From assembly GCA_039809905.1 (NCBI GenBank), contig JBDHVY010000001.1:900001-932000 (forward strand): 32,000 bases of DNA. The letters are read 5' to 3'. The notes below the pieces were generated by a model. That model was not told the DNA's origin. It did not search any database and worked only from the letters and a program-made list of their open reading frames with translations. This document shows positions 1-8,100 of the stretch, piece after piece. Both the position numbers and the translations under genes were made by a program. Positions within the stretch are counted from its first letter, which is position 1. Each line of letters starts with the position of its first letter. Source of the DNA: Candidatus Babelota bacterium. Its GTDB lineage: Bacteria; Babelota; Babeliae; Babelales; Vermiphilaceae.

Positions 1-1
1 T

Positions 2-865
2 ACGTGTGTATGGTCGGCCATTTTTTATGGTATCACTATTATCTTAGTTCCAAAAATTGAACGTAGATATATTTTGGAAGGACTAGAGCATAAACCAACG
101 ATTTTTCTTGGTGTTCCTGCGCTTTATGGTCTTTTGTGTTTAATGAAAACAGCACCTCTTGATACGGTGCGTCTTTTTGTTTCTGGTGGTGATGCATTAC
201 CTGATAAAATTCGCTCTGGGTTTGGCTTAATTTATAGAAGAAAATTAGTAAATGGCTATGGTCTTACTGAAACAACACCGGTCATTTCTGCAAACCTTGA
301 TGATGAAACGGTACCTGCAAGTAATGTGGGAGCTCCTTTAGTTGGTATTGAATGCGCAATTCGTAATGAGCAGGAAATAGATTTACCGCAAGGCAGTATA
401 GGTGTGTTGTGGGTGAAGGGTGATAATATCATGCTTGGGTATTATAATACTCCTGAAGCAACAAACAAAGTCTTGAAAGATGGATGGTTTAATACGGGTG
501 ATTTAGCATATCTTGATTCTAAAGGTAGAATTGTTATTACAGGACGTGAAAAAGATCTTATTATTCACAAAGGTTTTAATATTTATCCGCAAGAAATTGA
601 AAATGTTATCTTGTTGCATGCAAACGTGATTCGTGCTGCAGTTGTTGGTATGCATGATGGCGATGGTGAAGTTCCGGTAGCATTTGTGCAATTACGTACG
701 TTAGATGGTGATATGGAAAAAATTTTACGAAAACTCTGTACTCAGCATTTGGCGACGTATAAAGTTCCGCGGCATTTTTATTGTGATACAAAAGATCTTC
801 CTGCAACAGCTACAGGTAAAATTGATAAAAAAGCTTTGCGTGCTCAGCTTGCTGAAAAAATATAA
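2..865 (+). CDS. AMP-dependent acyl-CoA synthetase/ligase, C-terminal ~287 aa (5' end outside window)
   Basis: The frame is open from base 2, with no stop before the TTG at 74 used by the ORF track. Adenylate-forming enzyme motifs occur in the canonical order: NGYGLTETT (YGxTE); FNTGDLAYLDSKGRIVITGREKDLI (TGD...GRxKD); PATATGKIDKKAL (C-terminal catalytic Lys motif). Stop TAA at 863-865. Confidence 0.9.
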   Translation, partial: TCVWSAIFYGITIILVPKIERRYILEGLEHKPTIFLGVPALYGLLCLMKTAPLDTVRLFVSGGDALPDKIRSGFGLIYRRKLVNGYGLTETTPVISANLDDETVPASNVGAPLVGIECAIRNEQEIDLPQGSIGVLWVKGDNIMLGYYNTPEATNKVLKDGWFNTGDLAYLDSKGRIVITGREKDLIIHKGFNIYPQEIENVILLHANVIRAAVVGMHDGDGEVPVAFVQLRTLDGDMEKILRKLCTQHLATYKVPRHFYCDTKDLPATATGKIDKKALRAQLAEKI

Positions 866-867
866 TT

Positions 868-2361
868 TTATTTCTTGCCAGCAGCTCTTATTGCTTTATC
901 CAGTGATTCTTTTGCATCGTTATAAGCATCTGTAATTGATTTAAGTTCTTCTAATCGTCTGGCTCTTTCTGTTGAGCTTAATGATTTATCATTACGTATT
1001 GCATCTGGATGGTTTCTTACCATATATTTTAAGAAACTAGTTCTAATCATTTTTGCTGATGCATTTTGAGATAACGCTGGCATTGCTTCTCGTAAAGCAT
1101 CTTTAAGATTTTCAATCTTCTGAGCATCTGTTAAATTTTGCCCATAACGATTATCTTGTCGCTGTCGCTGGTTGTTGTCTTGTTGCTGATAGTTTTGCTG
1201 TTGTTGATAGCGCTGCTGTTGTTCATACTGTTGCCGTTCTCGTTCTTGCTGCTGACGGTTGTACTCTTCCTGTCGTTGTCGTTGTTCTCGCCATTGTTGT
1301 TCTGCGTATTGATCTCGCTGCTGTTGTTCTTGTTGCTGTCGATACCGTTGTCGTTGTTGTTCATACTGTTGACGATTGTACTCTTCTTGCTCTCGTTGGC
1401 GCTGCTGTTGTCGTTGTAATTCTTCATATTGTTGTCGAAAATAGGCTTCACCTTGTTGCTGGTATTGCTGTTGTTGTTCATTGTTTTGTTGTTGGTTGTA
1501 GTTCTCTTGTTGTTGATAATTATTACTTTGTTGAGGAAGATCTTTTACAAAGCATGCGGCCTCTAATAAATTAGGTGTGGTGTGAGAGAAAAATAAATAT
1601 CGTACTTCGGTTTTTCCGGTAATCCACCATGGTTCAAAACTTGGATCTTGAGATAGTAGATTGTATAGTGCATTTTTTGATAAGGCTTTAAGTTGGTTGA
1701 TAGATTTGGCGGCTATTTGGCTTGATAAATCAGGAATTCTGGCAAATTGAGTTAATCTTTCCATATCAATTTCAAGTGTTGCTTCAAATCCAATGTAACA
1801 AAAAAGATCTATCACGCGAGCAATATTCTGTAGTCTTGCCAAGGATACGTCAAAGTAGTTTGTACGTATAGATTGAACTTCGTCAGCAATTGCTTTAGGG
1901 AATTCTAAAAGGATTTCTTTTTTTGTTTTGTCGCTAAGGCGAGCTCCTAGATCATATATTTTTTTTGCCTTAGTTATGTTTTCATATGTTGGGCTTTGAG
2001 TAGCTATATTAACTATTTTTGTTAAAAAAGTTTCGCCTTTAGCATCAACTTGATTAAAGAGTTTGGTTGCTAAAAATTTAATGATTCTTCCTGAGCCAAA
2101 AGCTGTTATTTCTTGATCAGTAGGCATAAATCCTCTATTTGCTCTGTCTACTATTCGGTTAAAAGCTTCTGATTCAACTTTAAATCCGGATTCTCCAGAA
2201 CGTCCAGAGGTATATGATCTCATTTGAGTAGCAGTAACGCGAGAAGCTCGGCCTAATGTTGGTTTATAACCACTTTGCATAGCTCTATATAATCCATATA
2301 CTGAGGCTGTACTATTCAATATCATGCAAATTGCTAAAATATAAACATTATTTTTTTTCAT
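868..2361 (-). CDS. secreted protein with unknown N-domain, Gln/Arg/Glu-rich low-complexity core and C-terminal J-domain (HPD)
   Basis: The ORF runs 868..2373 from a GTG. ATG 2361 gives MKKNNVYILAICMILNSTASVYG, a typical signal peptide, so it is preferred. The C-terminus reads MIRTSFLKYMVRNHPDAIRND...ARRLEELKSITDAYNDAK, which matches J-domain helix II, the HPD loop (DNA 1003..1011) and helix III. The central ~130 aa is almost only Q/R/E/Y/N. Confidence 0.75.
   Translation of the reverse strand: MKKNNVYILAICMILNSTASVYGLYRAMQSGYKPTLGRASRVTATQMRSYTSGRSGESGFKVESEAFNRIVDRANRGFMPTDQEITAFGSGRIIKFLATKLFNQVDAKGETFLTKIVNIATQSPTYENITKAKKIYDLGARLSDKTKKEILLEFPKAIADEVQSIRTNYFDVSLARLQNIARVIDLFCYIGFEATLEIDMERLTQFARIPDLSSQIAAKSINQLKALSKNALYNLLSQDPSFEPWWITGKTEVRYLFFSHTTPNLLEAACFVKDLPQQSNNYQQQENYNQQQNNEQQQQYQQQGEAYFRQQYEELQRQQQRQREQEEYNRQQYEQQRQRYRQQQEQQQRDQYAEQQWREQRQRQEEYNRQQQERERQQYEQQQRYQQQQNYQQQDNNQRQRQDNRYGQNLTDAQKIENLKDALREAMPALSQNASAKMIRTSFLKYMVRNHPDAIRNDKSLSSTERARRLEELKSITDAYNDAKESLDKAIRAAGKK
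1140..1535 (-). repeat. coding low-complexity CAA/CAG/CGN/GAA-rich tract (poly-Q/R/E) with an internal duplication
   Basis: The plus strand reads as degenerate (ttg/ctg/tcg)n. The peptide block QEEYNRQQ occurs twice (REQEEYNRQQYEQQRQR and RQRQEEYNRQQQERERQQYEQQ). The DNA blocks near 1258 (cggttgtactcttcctgtcg) and 1375 (cgattgtactcttcttgctc) are near-copies. Confidence 0.7.
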
Positions 2362-2439
2362 TGCAATGTCCACTTTATAAATAAAAACTATTTCTTATTT
2401 TCAATTATGCAATAATCGGCAGTGTGTTTGTCAATGGTT

Positions 2440-3174
2440 TTATTTTTTCCACAGGCGTTTTACATCGTTCAACGTTATTTGTGTAATGAATAGTATAAAT
2501 AGCGCAAGAAATGTCATGGAAATAACCCACACAACGTGTGCGGGAATATTTCTCCCGATCACTTCTTCGATGGTTAAAAGTAATGCTTTGCCCCCATCAA
2601 AAAAGGGAAGGGGAAGCATATTAAGAAATCCAATATTAAAACTTATTATTGCTAATGCAAACCAATAAAGCTGTGAGTTAATTGCAAAGCTTTGTCCTAT
2701 GGTGGAAATAATGCCAATCGGTCCGACAAAGGTACTATTACCATTTTGTTGCGTAAAAATGGTTACAAATGCCTGTTTCATTGTTTGAGATGACGAAATA
2801 TTTAAAGAAGGAGAGAGTTTGTTGCGTATGGTGTAATATACCAATACTCCATACGCAAAAATAAAGTTAAACAATATGCCGCCAAAAAGAATGAGCATTT
2901 TTCGTATGTATGATTGCTCAGCCAACATATCTGGATCCATTTCAACATAACCGCCCAAAGGGAAAAGAGCTATTTTTAATATTGTTTTTTCGCAAGGAAT
3001 CTCAAACAGGGTTGGTCCAAAGCCTATAGAAAATACTGGTGTTGCTACATTAAAATACTGCGCAAAAAGAAAATGTCCTGCTTCATGAATAAGAATAATC
3101 AAACTTATTCCCGCAATTCCTGCCAAGATATATAAAGTTTTTTTTACTTTATCATGAAATGTTATTGATAGCAT
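2440..3174 (-). CDS. RseP-like site-2 (M50) zinc metalloprotease lacking PDZ domains
   Basis: The N-terminal block HEAGHFLFAQYFNVATPVFSIGFGPTLF...ALFPLGGYVEMD matches the RseP HExxH...GGYVKM region. The C-terminal block FLNMLPLPFFDGGKALL matches the NxxPxPxLDGG motif. The protein is only 244 aa, with about 40 aa where RseP carries its PDZ domain(s). SD GAAAGGGG lies upstream. Confidence 0.8.
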   Translation of the reverse strand: MLSITFHDKVKKTLYILAGIAGISLIILIHEAGHFLFAQYFNVATPVFSIGFGPTLFEIPCEKTILKIALFPLGGYVEMDPDMLAEQSYIRKMLILFGGILFNFIFAYGVLVYYTIRNKLSPSLNISSSQTMKQAFVTIFTQQNGNSTFVGPIGIISTIGQSFAINSQLYWFALAIISFNIGFLNMLPLPFFDGGKALLLTIEEVIGRNIPAHVVWVISMTFLALFILFITQITLNDVKRLWKK

Positions 3175-3309
3175 AATTAATGTACCCCTTTCACTTTGAG
3201 TCTAATTTTTGTTGTATAACAAAAGCAATAGTCTCTAAATTATTGCTATTTTATGAAGGCTTATATTATTATCAAAAAGAGGGCAAAGGGTGGGTAATAA
3301 AGGGAGAAT

Positions 3310-4191
3310 ATGCATAAAATAATAAAAAGTTTCACCATGTTGATGGTGTTAGTAGCCAATAATAGCTTTGGCTATTTTTATTATTTATGTATTAAAAAAG
3401 GTGTTAATAAAAATGGTGTGCCACACATGATTGTTCTCTTGGCGGATTACCATGATAAAACTCATAATGCAAATAAAGGTCAGCGGACCTATTTTGAATC
3501 ATTACTCAAAAGATGTAAAAAACATAAAGTTAAACTTATTGTTGAAGATTTAAGTTCGGTAAATAATGATGGTCGAATGATGTGTTGTAAGTTTGGTATT
3601 AGTTGTGCTGAAGGTGTATTGAGCAATTTAGCACATAAAGCTCGTTCATTTGGCATTACTGTTGATAACGTTGAATATCGTTATTGTCGTGTAGCTGGAA
3701 TAGGTCCCTTAATTACTAACATTCAAGTTGATCCGCATTCGGTTCGATCTTCTTGTAGTATTACTCTTGTATCTTTATATAAAGAAATTGTTAATGAAAT
3801 GGAAAAGATAAAGAAGTATAACGATGGTAAAAAATTGAATGATTATTATAAACGTTCAATAGCCTATGTTTATTCCCAGCTCAATAAAATGAAAATAGAA
3901 CAAAATAATGATACTAAAACAGTTGCTCATTATTGTGCGCAATTACGATCGAATATGTATCGTAAAAAGCTCGAGCATTTATGTATATTTGATAGTGCTC
4001 TTATCGATAGTAATGTGATGCATTCGATTATGTGTTGTGATATGCCAATTATCTTTGTTGCTGCAGGAGGATCTCATATTACGCAAGTAAATAAACTGTT
4101 AGAAAAAATGGGCTATGAATCAATTTTTGTGGTTCCTGATAATAATCAACAATCCATAGATATTACTGTTTTAGATAGATTTATTGAGTAA
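3310..4191 (+). CDS. hypothetical exported protein (possible Tiki/TraB/GumN-superfamily fold, weak)
   Basis: 293-aa ORF with SD AAGGGAG and an N-terminal hydrophobic segment (FTMLMVLVANNSFG). The motifs IVLLADYHD, LIVED and C-terminal FVAAGGSHITQVNKLLEKMGYE loosely recall the GxxH...E...GxxHL.G...L...GY pattern of TraB/GumN/Tiki proteins. This comparison is from memory only. Confidence 0.55.
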   Translation: MHKIIKSFTMLMVLVANNSFGYFYYLCIKKGVNKNGVPHMIVLLADYHDKTHNANKGQRTYFESLLKRCKKHKVKLIVEDLSSVNNDGRMMCCKFGISCAEGVLSNLAHKARSFGITVDNVEYRYCRVAGIGPLITNIQVDPHSVRSSCSITLVSLYKEIVNEMEKIKKYNDGKKLNDYYKRSIAYVYSQLNKMKIEQNNDTKTVAHYCAQLRSNMYRKKLEHLCIFDSALIDSNVMHSIMCCDMPIIFVAAGGSHITQVNKLLEKMGYESIFVVPDNNQQSIDITVLDRFIE

Positions 4192-4274
4192 GGATGCTTG
4201 CGTATAAAAAAATTGCTTCTCATTCATAATTCGTATACATTACCCTAAAAAACATTTCGTAAAAAAGGGTATGT

Positions 4275-4973
4275 ATGAAAATCAAAAATGAAGCGATTAT
4301 TGCGTCATTATTCTGTTCAATTCTCAGTTCTACAGTGACAGCAGATACTGCAACATCTGATCCGGTAGAAGTTCTTTTTACCAATATTTATAAAACAAAA
4401 TTTTGGCAGTTAGGCGAAAGTGTTTCAGGTCCTGGTTCAGAATTAAAGGTTACTGAAAAAACACGGTATGCATTGAGTGAACTACTGAAAAGATTTAGCA
4501 TTAGTTCAATTGCAGATGCGCCTTGTGGTGATTATCATTGGATGAGACACGTGAATATTGGAAATTGTACATATCTTGGCCTTGATATTGTTGATGAATT
4601 AATTCAAAAAAATAGTTCCTTATTCGGTTCTGACAAAATAAGATTCCAGCACGCGAATTTGATTGATAATGTGATAGAGAAAGTAGACCTTATCATATGT
4701 AGAGATATGCTCGCTCATTTAACTGATGAACAAATTTTTAAAGTTATTCGCAATTTTAAAGCGAGTGGGGCAAAATATCTTCTGGCTACTACTAACTATG
4801 CAGTGCAAAGCAATACATATATTGATAGAGCTGGTGATTGGCGCAAACTTAATCTTGAAGCTGCACCATTTAATTTTCCAAGACCATTGGCAATTATTGA
4901 AGAAGATGTTCCTTTCACTTGGGAACAAGGCAAGCATTTGGCATTGTGGTTTTTAGATGATATTAATGTGTAA
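4275..4973 (+). CDS. class I SAM-dependent methyltransferase with N-terminal signal peptide
   Basis: The signal-like N-terminus is MKIKNEAIIASLFCSILSSTVTA|DT. The motif I region is SIADAPCGDYHWM, followed by YLGLDIV (motif II acidic residue) and LIICRDMLAHL. SD AAAGGG lies 5 nt upstream. Confidence 0.75.
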   Translation: MKIKNEAIIASLFCSILSSTVTADTATSDPVEVLFTNIYKTKFWQLGESVSGPGSELKVTEKTRYALSELLKRFSISSIADAPCGDYHWMRHVNIGNCTYLGLDIVDELIQKNSSLFGSDKIRFQHANLIDNVIEKVDLIICRDMLAHLTDEQIFKVIRNFKASGAKYLLATTNYAVQSNTYIDRAGDWRKLNLEAAPFNFPRPLAIIEEDVPFTWEQGKHLALWFLDDINV

Positions 4974-5127
4974 GTGTTGCCAAAAAGGCCGTTGAATAAT
5001 CATAAAAAAACTCCATTTTTATACTAAATGTAAAGTCAGTTTTCACTTGGCATCTCTAAATGCAAAGTAGGCTTTACATTTGGTACAAATTTTGCCTGGA
5101 TTTTGACATTTTTAGGATATAATTCTG

Positions 5128-8100
5128 TTAATCAAGACCAAGCTCAAGTGAATCATGAGTCCAACGATGGAATGCTTCTGCAGGTACTTCTTCTTGCTGA
5201 TGTTGCACCTTATCACCACTCAAAATAAATGCAGGCATTAAAGAAAGTGCAATCAAACGATAATTCCAGATCTTTTCAGGATAAAACGTTTTCATGATGC
5301 CAACATTACCACTGTCTGGGTTTCTGGTATAAAATCCTAATCCGTTAGATTGTAAACCAACATTTTCTGAAAAAGCTGAGACAGGTACCCGCATTCTCCT
5401 GGCTAACTGTTGAGCAATTCCATTTAATTCTGCGGCGCATTGGCAAGAAAACAAATTAATATGTTGTCCTTTCTGATATCCAGGAGCGGTTCTAATAAGG
5501 CGTGCTAATTGCGTGGCATTCAGTTCTACGGTTCCTGTAGCAATCAGTTGTAAGAGATTAGACTGGCTTAGCCCTTTGGGATGAATTGCTTGAACGTCAA
5601 CCCAAATAGTGTGTGGATTACCGTGTCCCAATACATTAAAAGGAGCAGCTTGGCTTTTATGCCATCGAGCTCGTGCAAATTCGTAATGAACACTATTGGT
5701 TAGAACAAGATCATCTTCAGCAATGGCTACCTCCGCGTTAGTCCATTTGCCCGCACGCGGATTAGGTACAAAAGGAACTCTGCCTTGCAAAGCATATCGA
5801 TATTGATGTACGCGATCTATAACTTTGTCGGTAATATTTTTTATGGTACCTTTTCCTTTTTGGTAGACAATTTTTACGCCTTTTCCAGCTATTTGAATAC
5901 CTTTCAAGATTCCGCATGCAAGAGCCATATTATAAATAACTTCACCAGGTGTTGTAACACCAGTATATAAGTCGCGTGTTGTTCCTGTGGCAAAACATGC
6001 GATACTTAGAGGGTTAGGTATCATAGCAAAAGTATCAATTGTTTTATTCAGGGCATCGACAAATGCGATGCGAATTATAGGGGTTACTTGTTCAATTAAA
6101 CGTGGTATTTTTGGATGTACAATGCGATTGTGTAAAGATCGTTTTGATTGAACCTGTTTGTTGTTGCTGTGTGCATATTCGAGTATAAGGTCTGCATAGA
6201 CATTTTGATTGAGCGATTTTTCTATTGATGTTAATACCAGATCGTGTGCAGCATTATTGGTATCAGTTTTTCTAGGACTATTTTTACGAGCTGGTTTGGT
6301 TATATGTTTTGTATTCTTCTTATGTACAGGGTTTGTTTTTTCTTGATGTATATGTAATGTTGCATATGCTTGACTTGTAGCTGCAAGCAGTGATTGATAT
6401 TCGCTGAGCGCTGCAAGTTGTCCTCGAACTGCAATATCATTATCAATAGCATTGGTTGCAGCACTAGCTGCAATAGTAGGATTTTGGCGTGTAAGAGCAG
6501 CTACTGATGCGGCGGCTATTTTAGCCAGTTTCATTCTTTCATGAACTTCGTGATCAATAGCGCGTTGAATATTTGCAGGAGTTTTTTGTATGCCTTTTTT
6601 ATTGAGGCGTGCAATAGCGTTATCAGCAATTGCTTGCGAATCAGCAATAAGCAAAGCTCCTATAGTTTCTGCAGTTACAACTCCCGTGACTCCTGAAACA
6701 AATCCTTTGCGAGATTGTTCTTGCGCAAAACCACTTAATCCGCCAACAAGCGCTTGGCCAACTTGTTTGATAAGTTCATGAGTATATGCAGCGCAAATTT
6801 CGTTGCTTGCATATGCTGCAATTGCTTTCAGCGGAATCTGTTGGATTGTTTTACCAAGCGATTTATCAAGTGGTGCGTTGGTGATTGCAGTAGTAAGTAG
6901 AGTATCTACGGTACTTTGCAATGCATGTTGTTGTACATGTTGTGAGAGTGATTTGATACCGGGTTCCATATTGATATCAAGCATGCTGCCAAGCTGCGTG
7001 CACAATCCTGCAGATGCCATGGTAAAGCATAGCGATTGCACATGAGCAGGAGATACCATCTGTTTGGCGGTGTTGATAGGATCGCCTGTTTTAAGAAAAG
7101 AAGTTGTCGCGCTGCTGTATACAGCACTAATGCCCGCATTTACGGCAGCAATTCCTGCTGCACTCAACTGCATACCAGTGGCAGCTGTTACATTCGTCAG
7201 TAATGGTTGAAGTAATTCCATACCCATGCCTTGCGTATACCAAGTGATTGCAAGTGCAATCACTACCAATGCTTCATCAGGAAAAACTGGTGATACATGA
7301 TGCCAATTGCGTTGCCACTGCTTCAGGTGATAGGTTGTTTCTACAAAAGTACCAATAATTTCAGTGCGATTTTTATCCATGATGGCAGATTCAAAAAGCA
7401 TGTGCCCATCATGTTGTGCGCGTATAATTTTTTCTACCATCAGCATTGGTGGAATCATTGTCTCATAACCAGCTTCAAAACCGATATCAGCAGAAGATAA
7501 AGGACTAGAAATGAGTGTTTGTGCAGAGCATAGCATTTCTGCTACTTTAGCAACAAATTGAATGCCTTTTTCTGTTTCATCATGCAATTCAGTTGCGTGA
7601 ATGTTTGCATTGACTTGTGCGCTTTCGCCTAAGAAACGAATACGCGGTGATTGCATGTGTGCAGCAGCTGCAAACGGAGTTTGCTTGGATGATTTTTTAC
7701 TTTCATCGGTAAACATGCCACTTTTTTCTTCAGAACTGGTAAATGTATTGGCAAGTAACAACCCTTCAATGTTGATTTGTGGAGCTTCATAGATGATTTC
7801 TTGCTGCGCAATATCTTGTTGAGCAGTTGCTTGTATAGCAACATGAGCTTTGTCATGCAAAATAGTTCCTGCATGCGTTTCGCAGGGCAATGCGCTATGC
7901 GTAAGGCTGGTCTCCACTCTGGATGATGATGAAAACAAGCCGTTTTTTTCATGACGTGTTTCAGTGAATGTTTGTAATACGAGTGGATTTTTAATAACCG
8001 AACCATGTTCTGATTGTTCTGTGACATCATGTGCTGCAGCAATGACTGTTCCGGTGCGCGTAATATTTTTATCACTGTGCACCTTTACTGGCCCTGCAGG

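Noticed and set aside
705-935. 76-aa ORF (+) spanning the convergent junction of the acyl-CoA ligase and J-domain genes. The small minus-strand ORFs at 503..691 and 606..806 were considered too.
   Set aside because: They are out of frame with, or antisense to, strongly motif-supported genes.
1131-1481. ORFs 1131..1481 (-) and 1138..1419 (+) inside the Q-rich region. One is an N/S-rich 116-aa peptide and the other an L-rich 93-aa peptide.
   Set aside because: They are alternative frames and the antisense of a low-complexity CAA/CAG repeat. The long frame with signal peptide and J-domain explains the region. Such repeats stay open in several frames by composition alone.
5026-5081. Inverted repeat AAATGTAAAG...CTTTACATTT, with a nearer imperfect copy AAATGCAAAG-TAGG-CTTTACATTT. 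It lies between the convergent methyltransferase and giant genes and was considered as a terminator or a mobile-element end.
   Set aside because: It is an AT-rich stem with no flanking U-run on either strand, no second copy elsewhere in the window, and no transposase nearby. The evidence is too weak to call.
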